From the NCBI GenBank assembly GCA_044341565.1, contig JBIIRM010000006.1:1-50891 (forward strand): 50,891 bases of DNA, in the 5' to 3' direction. Numbering within the stretch: the first letter of the stretch is position 1; each line of letters opens with the position of its first letter. The stretch comes from Minisyncoccia bacterium (GTDB lineage Bacteria; Patescibacteriota; Minisyncoccia; SW-4-49-11). A program made the position numbers and the translations under genes. This document shows, one piece after another, positions 1 to 9,376 of the stretch. Below the pieces are notes generated by a model, which worked only from the letters and a program-made list of their open reading frames with translations, had not been told where the DNA came from and searched no databases.

Positions 1-107
1 TTATTTGGGTTTATGGCTATCAATACTATTGCTGCCAATATCCCTATTGCAGCTATTACCAGAAGTACCTCTAATAATGTAAAACCTTTTTGTTTTTCTC
101 CTCTCAT
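1..107 (-). CDS. type IV pilin / pseudopilin-like protein, N-terminal part only (gene runs off left edge)
   Basis: Minus-strand ATG at 107. It translates to MRGEKQKGFTLLEVLLVIAAIGILAAIVLIAINPN, a prepilin-type cleavage/methylation motif (KGFTLLE) plus a hydrophobic helix. Absent from the ORF track because it is truncated. Confidence 0.7.
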   Translation of the reverse strand, partial: MRGEKQKGFTLLEVLLVIAAIGILAAIVLIAINPN

Positions 108-138
108 AAGAGTTGTTTTTTACTTTTTTCTTATCCCT

Positions 139-166
139 ATTATAGCATATCAGAATATTCTTTCAA
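139..166 (-). promoter_or_regulatory. putative sigma70-type promoter of the pilin gene
   Basis: On the minus strand: TTGAAA (161-166), 16-nt spacer, TATAAT (139-144), about 30 nt upstream of the ATG at 107. Confidence 0.4.
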
Positions 167-567
167 AAAGGTATTAAAATTAAAAATAAAATACTCTTCC
201 CTCTCCTTCTTAACTCTGTTAGTGTAAAGGGGGGTAAGAGTATTATATTTTGCTCTATTTCTGACAACCTCGTGGTATATATAGAGATTGCCAGAAAATA
301 GATATTCTTTTCTAATCTTTGGCTAACGCCTTTTTATTTTTGCCAAAGGTGCGTATTGTTTTGGGACTTTGTTTTTATATTACTTAAACGATTTTGTATT
401 TGAGTTTTTGTTTATGATTGTAAAGATTAGAGCAAGAATTCAATCACAAGTATATATATAACTAAGGACCAATATGTACCAATACTTGTGATTGTATGAT
501 TACTCTATACCTCACTCTTGTATTCTATCAGGTTAATTATATACAGACTAGAGGACTTATCCACAAT

Positions 568-1770
568 TTATTTTATTTGATTCAAAAGATATTTCATTGA
601 ACTCTGAGATGAGGCTATGACAATATAGTTTTCCACACTTGACACATCTGCTGAGTCGGTTGGAGAGGTGTAATTATAATAATAACTAGTAAATGTTTTA
701 CCTGAATTATTAGTCATAGATACCTTTGTAATATCTGGTTTATTCACAATACGGGAGGCTGAGCTTAGTGAGAATGCCATTAAATCACGAGGTATTGCAG
801 TTGACCAATTATCCACAAGAGTATTTGCTGTTTGTCCTGTCTTCAATTGAATTGCAGCTGTTAACTTATATATACCTTCTTCATTATATCCATATAGCCA
901 ATATTCAGCTACATTATCTGTAATAACTGAGGGGATATTCAATCCAAAAGCTGTAGATATATCAACCAAAGAAACTTTTTTACTATCTTTAGTCAAATTC
1001 AATTCTATAAATGGAGCTTTTTGTCCATTAAGACTTGTAATGATCGTTTTACGTATTGGCTCAATATCATTAAATTCTATATCACTTTTTGTAATACCTG
1101 TGAATAATGGTTTAGCAGCAATTGTTGGGGTTGGGGTGGTGGTTGGAGTTGGGGTGGTGGTTGGGGTGGTGGTTGGAGTTGCGGGAGTTGATCGAGTAGT
1201 ATACACATATACCCCTGAACCAATAAGGCCTAATAACACAATAACCACAATTCCTGTAATAATAGATTTTGATGATGATTTTGGTGATTTAGTAGCAGTA
1301 TCTTCTGGGCCGGTAAAATCTGGGATATTGCTAAGTGGTGGAATGGTAGAAGCATTCGAATCAACTTTTGCTGTATCGCTTAATGGTAAATCTACAGATG
1401 TATCCAAAGCTGAAAATCCAGATTTTAATTCTGGCTTTGCTACTGAAAGATTAGGAGCAGCTATATCTTTATTAATATCAACTGTAGTAGATGTACTCGT
1501 ATCAATATTACTCCAAGAATAACTTAGGTCTTGGGGATTTAATGGTTTTGATTGTGGAATATCTTGCTTTGAGTCATTAATATCTAAGGTAGATAAAGTT
1601 CCTTTATTAGATGTAGGTTCTGGCGTTACGGGACTTTCAAGATCAGGTCTTGCTTGTACAAAATTACCAGCCTGCTGTAACCGGTCTTGTGGATTAGTAT
1701 TATTCAAATCTAAATCTGTTTTGAGAGTTCTTAATGTTCCTGGAATTGTGTTTTGATTTTGATCGGCCAT
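568..1770 (-). CDS. hypothetical single-pass membrane protein with disordered N-terminus and Pro/Thr linker
   Basis: 400-aa ORF with one TM helix (IITGIVVIVLLGLIGSGVYVY) followed by TPATPTTTPTTTPTPTTTPTPT and a C-terminal globular part. No family recognised. Confidence 0.7.
   Translation of the reverse strand: MADQNQNTIPGTLRTLKTDLDLNNTNPQDRLQQAGNFVQARPDLESPVTPEPTSNKGTLSTLDINDSKQDIPQSKPLNPQDLSYSWSNIDTSTSTTVDINKDIAAPNLSVAKPELKSGFSALDTSVDLPLSDTAKVDSNASTIPPLSNIPDFTGPEDTATKSPKSSSKSIITGIVVIVLLGLIGSGVYVYTTRSTPATPTTTPTTTPTPTTTPTPTIAAKPLFTGITKSDIEFNDIEPIRKTIITSLNGQKAPFIELNLTKDSKKVSLVDISTAFGLNIPSVITDNVAEYWLYGYNEEGIYKLTAAIQLKTGQTANTLVDNWSTAIPRDLMAFSLSSASRIVNKPDITKVSMTNNSGKTFTSYYYNYTSPTDSADVSSVENYIVIASSQSSMKYLLNQIK
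1124..1186 (-). repeat. in-frame tandem repeat encoding the Pro/Thr linker
   Basis: The plus strand reads ggttgg(a/g)gttggggtggtggttgg repeated, which encodes (TPT/TTP)n on the minus strand. Confidence 0.8.
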
Positions 1771-1791
1771 AATTTTGTATTTATCAGTTTA

Positions 1792-3852
1792 TTATTCAGT
1801 ATAAGGAATAAGGCTTATCTTTCCCTCTGCATCTACTTTTTTAATTTTTACTCGTATATCCTGATGTAATTCTAACACATCTTCCACATTATTAACATGC
1901 TCTTTAGATAATTCTGAAATGTGGATAAGCCCATCTATTCCTGGTTTTATTGAAACAAAAGCTCCAAATGGCATAATTTTCACCACTTTCCCATCAAATA
2001 TTTCTCCTTCTTGCGGTTCATATACCAAATCTTCTATCCACTCTTTGGCTCGGGTAACCTGAGCTGCATCCTGACCCGTAATAAACACCTGCCCATCATC
2101 TTCTATATCAATTTTTACCCCTGTCTCATCAATAATACCATTGATGATTTTACCTCCTGTTCCAATAACTTCTCCAATTTTCTTTGGATTAATTACAAAA
2201 GTTTCAATTTTAGGAGCATATTCTGAAACCTCATTACGAGCTTCTGAAATAACACCTTTGAGGGTGTCAAGAATAGTGAATCGAGCTATTTTAGCTTTCT
2301 CCAAAGCCTCTTCTATCATAGCCAATGACATACCTTGCCCTTTAATATCCATTTGTATAGCATTCACTCCATTTCGTGTTCCTGCTACTTTGAAATCCAT
2401 TTCACCAAAATGATCTTCTGGTCCCTGAATATCCGTTAAAATTTTATATTTACCATTTTGCTCTACAATACCCATAGCAATTCCCGCTACAGGTTCTATA
2501 ATAGGAACTCCTGCTGCGAGGAGTGCCAAGGTTGAAGAACATACACTTGCCATAGAAGATGATCCATTAGACCCTAACACCTCTGTTACAATACGAATAG
2601 TATAAGGAAAATCAGCTACATTAGGTAATACTCCTTCGAGAGCCTTCTCAGCCAAAGCCCCATGCCCTATTTCTCGTCGTCCAGGTCCACGAAGTTGCCT
2701 AACCTCTCCTACAGAAAAAGGAGGGAAATTATAATGATGCATAAATCGCTTTTTGATTTCATCTTTCATCTCATCAATAATTTGAGCCTCCCCCGGAGAA
2801 CCCAAAGTCAAAATAGATAATGTTTGTGTAGTTCCACGATTGAATAATCCAGACCCATGTACTCGAGGCAATATATCAATTTCTCCACTTAATGCTCTGA
2901 GCTGATCTATAGATCTTCCATCGGGACGTTTTTCTTGCTCAATAATATTTTGCTTAAATATAGCATCTAATTCTTGATCTAGAACATGTTCTACCAAATC
3001 TCTATGGTCAGGATAAGCCTGATTGAGTTCAGTTAGCAATATATGATGAGCTTGTTTGGTAGAAGGAGTATCCCCATACAAAGCAGAGTCTAATTTCCCT
3101 TGCACAAGAGACTTAATCCCCTCTATAATCTCATTATTCGATTCTGAGACAGAAACCTCTCTTTTGGACTTACCAATCTCAGCAATAATAGTATTCTGGA
3201 AATCTATTATTTTTTTAATTTCTGGAGTCACTACTTCAAAAGCTTTTAATATAGTCTCTTCGGGAATTTGCTTTCCTCCAAACTCCATCATTACCAATCT
3301 CTCATCAGCATTAAGGGTAATAATAGTATCAAAATCTCCTTCTTCTCTCTCATCAAATGAAGGATTAACAATAATCTCTCCATTTTGCTGCCCTACTCTG
3401 AGAGCCGTAACTGGACCATTCCAAGGGATATCTGATATAGATAAAGCTAGAGACGCCCCCAATAAAGCAACTGTATCAGGATCATTCCTCTCATCCAGAG
3501 ACAATGTCGTTACAATAACTTGTATCTCATTACGAATTGATTCATCAAAAAAAGGTCTTATAGCGCGATCAACTAGACGGCCAGTCAATATAGACTCATC
3601 ACTAGGGCGACCTTCACGCTTTACAAAACGACTTCCCTTGATTTTACCATTGGCATAAAATTTTTCCTGATAATCAACAAAAAGGGGTAAATAATTAGAG
3701 CTTACTGGCTTACCCGACATTACAACAGTTACTAATACTGTCGTCTCTCCTAGAGAAACCAAAACAGAACCATCGGCTTGATTAGCTAATTTACCCGTTT
3801 CTACTTTTAGTATTTGTCCAGCTATTTGTGTTTGATAGGTTTTAAAACTCAT
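1792..3852 (-). CDS. pnp: polynucleotide phosphorylase
   Basis: 686 aa with two RNase PH-like halves, a KH domain and a C-terminal S1 domain (GKVVKIMPFGAFVSI). Lies directly downstream of rpsO, the classic arrangement. Confidence 0.95.
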   Translation of the reverse strand: MSFKTYQTQIAGQILKVETGKLANQADGSVLVSLGETTVLVTVVMSGKPVSSNYLPLFVDYQEKFYANGKIKGSRFVKREGRPSDESILTGRLVDRAIRPFFDESIRNEIQVIVTTLSLDERNDPDTVALLGASLALSISDIPWNGPVTALRVGQQNGEIIVNPSFDEREEGDFDTIITLNADERLVMMEFGGKQIPEETILKAFEVVTPEIKKIIDFQNTIIAEIGKSKREVSVSESNNEIIEGIKSLVQGKLDSALYGDTPSTKQAHHILLTELNQAYPDHRDLVEHVLDQELDAIFKQNIIEQEKRPDGRSIDQLRALSGEIDILPRVHGSGLFNRGTTQTLSILTLGSPGEAQIIDEMKDEIKKRFMHHYNFPPFSVGEVRQLRGPGRREIGHGALAEKALEGVLPNVADFPYTIRIVTEVLGSNGSSSMASVCSSTLALLAAGVPIIEPVAGIAMGIVEQNGKYKILTDIQGPEDHFGEMDFKVAGTRNGVNAIQMDIKGQGMSLAMIEEALEKAKIARFTILDTLKGVISEARNEVSEYAPKIETFVINPKKIGEVIGTGGKIINGIIDETGVKIDIEDDGQVFITGQDAAQVTRAKEWIEDLVYEPQEGEIFDGKVVKIMPFGAFVSIKPGIDGLIHISELSKEHVNNVEDVLELHQDIRVKIKKVDAEGKISLIPYTE

Positions 3853-3867
3853 AGATATAGGGTGAGC

Positions 3868-4134
3868 TTATGCTCGAAGCCCAAGTTCTTTGACAATTGT
3901 CTCAAAGGCCTTAGGATCAGTTTTTTTAAGATAAGATAATAGTTTCTTTCTTTGAGAAACAAGATGAATAAGTCCTCTTCGTGAATGAAAATCTTTTCGA
4001 TTTACCTTTAAATGCTCAGTTAAATATACAATTCTCTCTGTAATTAAAGCGATTTGTACAGAAGAAGAACCATTGTCATCTTTATGACTTTGGAATTTTT
4101 CAATAATTTGCTCTTTTGAGGCTGCATTTAACAT
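3868..4134 (-). CDS. rpsO: 30S ribosomal protein S15
   Basis: Contains HLKVNRKDFHSRRGLIHLVSQRKKLLSYL. The ORF-track start is GTG at 4143. ATG at 4134 gives the usual 88 aa. Confidence 0.93.
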   Translation of the reverse strand: MLNAASKEQIIEKFQSHKDDNGSSSVQIALITERIVYLTEHLKVNRKDFHSRRGLIHLVSQRKKLLSYLKKTDPKAFETIVKELGLRA

Positions 4135-4223
4135 AATTAGCACGCATTAAACTTAGTATTTACCTATATAATAGCATAGTTTTACTCTTATTGCAAGAGT
4201 TGGGTGATGTAAATATGCATTAT

Positions 4224-4346
4224 GTAGGGGAGACCTTTCAGTCGCCTATGCTTAAAAACCATTGTCTATTTTGGGTGACTGAGAGGTCGCCCCCTACGGG
4301 AATGACAAAATATATAAACTAAAAACTCCCCGAGGGGAGTTTTTAG
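4224..4346 (+). ncRNA. candidate small RNA: 23-bp imperfect hairpin followed by an intrinsic terminator
   Basis: Arms at 4224-4246 (GTAGGGGAGACCTTTCAGTCGCC) and 4273-4297 (GGTGACTGAGAGGTCGCCCCCTAC), then the terminator at 4321-4344. Two arm positions are G-U wobbles on the plus strand but A-C mismatches on the minus strand. Possible TTGCAA (4191-4196), 17-nt spacer, TATGCA (4214-4219) upstream. No family recognised. Confidence 0.4.
4321..4344. terminator. bidirectional intrinsic terminator
   Basis: AAAAACTCCCC-GA-GGGGAGTTTTT is a perfect stem with A and T tracts on both sides, 18 nt past the stop of the SLT gene. Confidence 0.85.
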
Positions 4347-4361
4347 TACTGTGATCTAATA

Positions 4362-4904
4362 TTATTTAGACCACTTAGACTTGCTGGCATTCCATGCTCC
4401 AATACCTCCACGAGAGATTTTGAAAGCCATGGCTTCAACATTAGTCTTAGCGTCAAACGGGGTTACCCATTCGCGACCCATTTGTCTTAAAGTTCCAGCC
4501 CAAGTTCCTCGAATAAACTGTCCACAACCAGAAGCCGTAGAGCTCTTATTCTTAGCAAGAGCATTTCCACCAGACTCAGCTCGAATAATTCGAGTCATAA
4601 GATCGGCATCAACACCATATTTTTGGGCCATCTCAGGTACATAGTCGAAACATGAACCCTGAGCAGGAATATTGTTTAACTCTGCTTCAACAGAAGCAAA
4701 GAAAGATTTTTGGGTCTGTACAGTTACTTGTTTTGCATTAACCTTTACGGGTTTTGGAGTAATAACCGTTTCAGTTGAATTAACTCCATGTAAAACAGAG
4801 ATTTGAGACTCGTCATACGAGCTGTCAATGACAGTTTGTTGATTAACAGGAACAACTCCTGTGGAACCAACAATCAAGGCCATTGCAATATATAATGTAT
4901 CCAT
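4362..4904 (-). CDS. membrane-anchored lytic transglycosylase (SLT/GH23-like)
   Basis: N-terminal TM helix. AESGGN and ASGCGQFIRGTW resemble the catalytic Glu-Ser and GLMQ-type motifs. The ORF-track start is TTG at 4916, and the first ATG is at 4904. Confidence 0.7.
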   Translation of the reverse strand: MDTLYIAMALIVGSTGVVPVNQQTVIDSSYDESQISVLHGVNSTETVITPKPVKVNAKQVTVQTQKSFFASVEAELNNIPAQGSCFDYVPEMAQKYGVDADLMTRIIRAESGGNALAKNKSSTASGCGQFIRGTWAGTLRQMGREWVTPFDAKTNVEAMAFKISRGGIGAWNASKSKWSK

Positions 4905-5049
4905 TAAAGAGGACAACCAATATCTTCTCTCAAAACTCTAATCAGAAACAGGGTAAACATAGATAAATCTAGTCTTATCTTTGAGAGACGGACAAAATTA
5001 TAGCACATAATTGACAAAAAGTCAATACATATAGTAGAATAGTACCATT

Positions 5050-5133
5050 GCCGAGATGGTGGAATTGGTAGACACGCATGCCTTAGGAGCATGTGCTTAT
5101 AGCGTGGGGGTTCAAGTCCTCTTCTCGGCACCA
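5050..5133 (+). tRNA. tRNA-Leu (anticodon TAG), CCA encoded
   Basis: Hand-folded: acceptor GCCGAGA/TCTCGGC, anticodon loop CTTAGGA, long variable arm, T-loop TTCAAGT, and A-CCA at the 3' end. Confidence 0.9.
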
Positions 5134-5215
5134 ACCAATCTTTGAATTTTAAAATACTACTATACATCCAATACGTAGTAGTGGTATTACTACTCTTAAA
5201 ATAAAAGCCTATTTA

Positions 5216-5395
5216 TTATCTTGCTCCTTTATAGCTTTGATAATTTTTTTTATTATTTTCTTCATCTTGAGCACGAATTACTCCTGGGATATACCCAAAT
5301 AAACACAAAATGATATTTAATAGTACTGATCCTAATTCACCTCTAATTAATAAGGCTATTGGGGGACAAATAATACATAGGAATGTATCATACAT
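5216..5395 (-). CDS. Pmp3/YqaE (UPF0057) family small membrane proteolipid
   Basis: 59-aa ORF below the ORF-track cutoff: MYDTFLCIICPPIALLIRGELGSVLLNIILCLFGYIPGVIRAQDEENNKKNYQSYKGAR. The PP..L....G......N..L.L.GYIPG.I pattern is typical of the family. Confidence 0.7.
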   Translation of the reverse strand: MYDTFLCIICPPIALLIRGELGSVLLNIILCLFGYIPGVIRAQDEENNKKNYQSYKGAR

Positions 5396-5524
5396 GTTTA
5401 ATTAATTAATACCATTATATTAACATATTCAATTTACATAGGTCAAAGACTCAATCTTTATATTTATCTTGCTTTTTTATCAAAATTTCTTTATACTAAG
5501 TATAATATTGTAGAAAATACTGAT

Positions 5525-6250
5525 ATGAGTAAAAAATTGATTCAGGTAGATAGTGTTACCAAATATTTTAATCTTCAAAGTAAGAATACTAGCCGCTCTG
5601 GAGGACAAATGGATGGTTTTCAATCTTTCAAAAATACTATTAATCCTGTACTTAAGGATATAAGTTTAGATATTAATCAAGGTGAATGGATTGGTATTAT
5701 TGGTAAAAATGGAAGTGGTAAAAGTACTTTTTTAAAACTTTTAGCTGGAATACATAGTCCTGATCAAGGTAATATTAATGTAGAAGGTTCTATATTACCT
5801 TTTTTTGGGCCTGATGAAATATTACATCCAGAAGGAAGAGTCGAGGATGCGGTATTAGTAAAAGCTCTTCAAGTTGGCCTTCCTCGTGAAGATGCAGCTA
5901 AAATCTATAATAATATCGTGAATTTCTCTGAACTCCATGATTATACCTCACAAAAAATTAAATTCCTCTCCACAGGGATGAAAACCCGATTAATTCTTGG
6001 ACTTATTTTAAATATTAATGCTGATATTTATCTTTTTGATGAAATTCCCGCTACTACAGATGCAGCTTTTCAGGTAAAAGTAAATAATCGATTACAAAGA
6101 TTGAAGAAAATGGGTAAAACAGCTCTTATTGTAAGCCATAATATGGATGAGATTCAACAACATTGTAATAAATGTATATTGCTACACAAGGGGGAATTAA
6201 TCGCCTATGATGATACTTTAACAATTTTGAAATTATATAATCAAATGTAA
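5525..6250 (+). CDS. ABC transporter ATP-binding protein, TagH/Wzt-like
   Basis: Walker A GKNGSGKST, signature LSTGMKTRL, Walker B IYLFDE, H-loop VSHN. No permease gene is adjacent. Confidence 0.8.
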   Translation: MSKKLIQVDSVTKYFNLQSKNTSRSGGQMDGFQSFKNTINPVLKDISLDINQGEWIGIIGKNGSGKSTFLKLLAGIHSPDQGNINVEGSILPFFGPDEILHPEGRVEDAVLVKALQVGLPREDAAKIYNNIVNFSELHDYTSQKIKFLSTGMKTRLILGLILNINADIYLFDEIPATTDAAFQVKVNNRLQRLKKMGKTALIVSHNMDEIQQHCNKCILLHKGELIAYDDTLTILKLYNQM

Positions 6251-6257
6251 TCAGGGT

Positions 6258-6710
6258 TTAATCCTGTAATAATTTATCGATTTCGTGACGAAATCCTTTA
6301 ATAGTACGGAAATCTCGATAAATAGATGCAAATCGAATATAGGCTACCTCATCGAATACTTTGAGATGTTTTAATACCGTATCTCCAATTTGTTTGGTTG
6401 GAAGTTCTTTTGGATCTTTTGTGAATAAATCTACTTCAATTTTGAGAATTAAATCTCGTATTTTATCTTGGGTAAAGGGGCGCTTATGTAGGGAAATAGA
6501 TACTGCTTTTAATAATTTTTCACTACTATATCGCTCTTTGATTCCTGATTTTTTAACTACCATAACATCAAGAACTTCCCTCGTCTCAGCGGTGGTAAAG
6601 CGATAATTACATTGTTCACAAATACGACGACGCCTTACAATAAGACCATTCCGAGAAATACGGGAATCCACAATACGAGTGTCTACATGTGAACATTGGG
6701 GACATTTCAT
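6258..6710 (-). CDS. nrdR: transcriptional repressor NrdR
   Basis: MKCPQCSHVDTRIVDSR...CEQCNYRFTTAE zinc ribbon plus ATP-cone; 150 aa. Confidence 0.93.
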   Translation of the reverse strand: MKCPQCSHVDTRIVDSRISRNGLIVRRRRICEQCNYRFTTAETREVLDVMVVKKSGIKERYSSEKLLKAVSISLHKRPFTQDKIRDLILKIEVDLFTKDPKELPTKQIGDTVLKHLKVFDEVAYIRFASIYRDFRTIKGFRHEIDKLLQD

Positions 6711-7228
6711 TTTTTCTTTGAACTAGATTTTTTGACAGAAGGCTTGAGGAATGGGAGGAATAATAATGGTGATATAGTCCAAAATACCTGAAATGACTCT
6801 TTACTAAATAATGATTGTTCTATGGTATTAAGAATAGATTTGTCTTGAGTTTTGATGACGCTTAATATATTAACCAACAAAAGCCCAGCGACAGATACTC
6901 CAAACAATAAATTAAGACCTAGATTTTTCTTGGATATAGATAAACCACCACCAAGAGCAGATATTTGCAACCCCCAATTTACTACCAGAGATAATACTAT
7001 GAATAATACCGCGTCTCCTGGGAAACTCCCTATTTTGGGAATATCCCAAGGGAATACTGATACTACTACCTGTCCAATATAGAGAGCAAGGGCTAAAATA
7101 AAAATATCTTTTACCCCTTTTTGATAAATATAAATGGAAAGCCCAATAATTAATACAATACTAATCACAAAGTCACCGGATAATGAGCTGAATGTTACTT
7201 TACCAAATAGAGGTTCCAATGCGTCCAT
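6707..7228 (-). CDS. integral membrane protein (possibly CvpA-like)
   Basis: 173 aa with about 4 TM helices and a lysine-rich tail. Overlaps nrdR by 4 nt (ATGA), so it is probably co-transcribed. Confidence 0.6.
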   Translation of the reverse strand: MDALEPLFGKVTFSSLSGDFVISIVLIIGLSIYIYQKGVKDIFILALALYIGQVVVSVFPWDIPKIGSFPGDAVLFIVLSLVVNWGLQISALGGGLSISKKNLGLNLLFGVSVAGLLLVNILSVIKTQDKSILNTIEQSLFSKESFQVFWTISPLLFLPFLKPSVKKSSSKKK

Positions 7229-7261
7229 ATTTTTATATACTTAAACTTTAATTTAAGTATA

Positions 7262-8353
7262 TCATATTCCCTCAGATTGCAAATCTTTTAATAATTGTTG
7301 TGCTCGGCGAGATATATGTTTTGGAGTGGTTATTCTTACTGTTACAAACATATCTCCATTACCACGGCCCTGTAAATGTGGCATACCCCTATCACGAATA
7401 CGGAATATTTCTCCTGATTGCGTAGATTTTGGAATCTTTAAATTCAATTCTCCTGCTAAAGTATCAATATCTACATCTCCACCTAATGCCGCTGTGGTAT
7501 ATATAATATCTTGGATTAAATAAATATCATCTCCACGCCTTTCGAATTGCTTATGCTTTTTTACTCGAATATGAATATAAATATTTCCAGCCTTACCCCC
7601 AGCAGCCGCTTCTCCAGCTCCTCGCATTTCTAAAGTTTGACCATCGGATATTCCTTCTGGCACTGCAATTTCAATAGATTTCTTTTGTCTCTTGACACCT
7701 TTTCCCTGACAGCTTTTACAAATAGATTCTGGAATTTCACCTCTACCCTGACAAGTACTACAAGTTTCTCTTTGAGCAAAATTTCCAAGCATAGTCCGAA
7801 CTTGTCTCTCCACAAAACCTTGCCCCTTACATTCGGTACATTGCTTCATCTTTTTATTCTGAGCTCCTGTTCCCTCACAAGAATCACAAGCTATATTCAA
7901 ATCTAATTCCACTGATTTAGAAATACCACTATATGCCTCCTCCAAACTAATTTCCACCTCTAATTGTATATCTCGTCCTTTATTCTGTGCTTGAGAGCGA
8001 CCTCGTCCTCCTCCACCAAATACATCAGAGAATACATCCTCAAATCCACCACCAAAAGGAAATCCAGATTGTCCAAATAAATCCTCAAAAGAAAATCCCT
8101 GAGCATTACCATATCCTCCAAAACCACCTGCTCCACCAGCCTGCTGATAATTGGAACCAAATTGATTATATTGTTGACGCTTTTGAGGGTCGCTTAATGT
8201 TTGATACGCCTCATTTACTTCTTTAAATTTAGCCTCATTTCCACCCTTTTTATCTGGATGATAGGTATGTGCTAATTTGCGATATGCCTTTTTGATATCA
8301 GAATCACTAGCATCCTTAGACACTCCCAAAATTTCATAATAATCTTTTGCCAT
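7262..8353 (-). CDS. dnaJ: molecular chaperone DnaJ
   Basis: J domain with HPD (TYHPDKK), a G/F-rich linker, and four CxxCxGxG repeats ([32 protein letters not shown]). Confidence 0.95.
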   Translation of the reverse strand: MAKDYYEILGVSKDASDSDIKKAYRKLAHTYHPDKKGGNEAKFKEVNEAYQTLSDPQKRQQYNQFGSNYQQAGGAGGFGGYGNAQGFSFEDLFGQSGFPFGGGFEDVFSDVFGGGGRGRSQAQNKGRDIQLEVEISLEEAYSGISKSVELDLNIACDSCEGTGAQNKKMKQCTECKGQGFVERQVRTMLGNFAQRETCSTCQGRGEIPESICKSCQGKGVKRQKKSIEIAVPEGISDGQTLEMRGAGEAAAGGKAGNIYIHIRVKKHKQFERRGDDIYLIQDIIYTTAALGGDVDIDTLAGELNLKIPKSTQSGEIFRIRDRGMPHLQGRGNGDMFVTVRITTPKHISRRAQQLLKDLQSEGI

Positions 8354-8414
8354 TAATATAATTATTAATTACTCTTGAATAGTATATCGTATTAGCAATA
8401 ATCTGTGAAGAGTG

Positions 8415-9359
8415 CTAAAGACGATATCTTTCCTTATTAAGACTTTTAAGATAAAGATTTAATATATTCCTTTCCAAAGACTGTCTATGAATATACATAA
8501 TAGCCCATCTAATTCCTACTTGATAGAATCCCACAAAAGGAGCAAGGGTTAAGTATACCGCAAAAGATACAATAGCACCCCAAATTGGACCACTCATCCA
8601 AGGTTCGAGGAATTTATTAGCATAACTAACAAAAGCTTGTGAAATAGGGGTGTCTGGACTAAGAAGAATACCAAATTTTTCTGATAATCCAGATACTTGT
8701 TTTTTTACTTCTTGATCTTGATTAGTAACATTTGCTCCTAATGACTGTTCTTTAATTTGACCTTCCACATAATTACCCACTGAACCCTCTATATTTAAAC
8801 CGGGGGCAACCTGTTTCAAAAGAGGGCTCCAAGCCTCAACCTGACCGGCTATAAAGGATTCATCTAGCACAATTCCATTAGGATTAGTTTTGAGTGTATT
8901 TCCATAAATTAATACTGCAGTTATTATCATAAGCCATATAATAATTGGTCTGGTATGGGGCATAATAATAGTTTTTACCTTAAAGTGAATATGATCTCTT
9001 TCACTTTCCTCAATATTATGAAAAGCGGATGAAATAATTCCAGCTCCAATCAGAATTGTGGCCAAAATAATAAATTTGGTGATCAAATCAAAAGCTAAAA
9101 TAGGAATAAGGAGCACCAGAGAATGCCCTATAATTAATCTCTTTATATGACTATTATATTCTTTTAAATGCTTGTTTTCTACTTTAATACTAGCATACCA
9201 GGCTAAGAAGCTAACATATGTGATACCAAAAATTGAGGCTAGGGCAATTCCCCAAATTATTGATATTACTCCAATAACAGCTGCAAAAACACTGCTGATA
9301 GTCCATATAAATAGAAGAATAATAATTCCTTCCAAATATAAAGCCTTACTTTCATTCAT
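8415..9359 (-). CDS. hypothetical polytopic membrane protein
   Basis: Several TM helices and no family recognised. The ORF-track start at 9404 overlaps the mutL end. The internal ATG at 9359 (MNESKALYLEG) is more likely. Confidence 0.6.
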   Translation of the reverse strand: MNESKALYLEGIIILLFIWTISSVFAAVIGVISIIWGIALASIFGITYVSFLAWYASIKVENKHLKEYNSHIKRLIIGHSLVLLIPILAFDLITKFIILATILIGAGIISSAFHNIEESERDHIHFKVKTIIMPHTRPIIIWLMIITAVLIYGNTLKTNPNGIVLDESFIAGQVEAWSPLLKQVAPGLNIEGSVGNYVEGQIKEQSLGANVTNQDQEVKKQVSGLSEKFGILLSPDTPISQAFVSYANKFLEPWMSGPIWGAIVSFAVYLTLAPFVGFYQVGIRWAIMYIHRQSLERNILNLYLKSLNKERYRL

Positions 9360-9376
9360 ATGTATATGTATTAATT

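Noticed and set aside
190-244. Inverted repeat AATACTCTTCCC / GGGTAAGAGTATT
   Set aside because: It is probably just the terminator of the 568-1770 gene, since the minus strand is followed by TTTTATTTTT. The 30-nt loop makes the call weak. It is not treated as a mobile-element end because no second copy was seen.
441-493. 13-bp perfect inverted repeat CAATCACAAGTAT ... ATACTTGTGATTG
   Set aside because: It is a single isolated hairpin downstream of a gene, with no T-tract, no repeat copies elsewhere in the window and no adjacent ORF. The evidence is insufficient for a MITE or an operator call.
1040-1522. 160-aa plus-strand ORF with VGVVVG repeats
   Set aside because: It is the antisense shadow of the Pro/Thr repeat in the 568-1770 gene. 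It is low-complexity and has no independent signals.
3056-3658. 200-aa plus-strand ORF inside pnp (and similar ones at 2011-2413)
   Set aside because: They are fully antisense to a confidently identified PNPase gene, and their composition is typical of shadow ORFs.
4904-5167. 87-aa minus-strand ORF
   Set aside because: It overlaps tRNA-Leu(TAG). The ORFs at 13889-14107 and 22993-23178 similarly overlap tRNA-Leu(TAA) and tRNA-His. All are artefacts of the GC-rich tRNA sequence.
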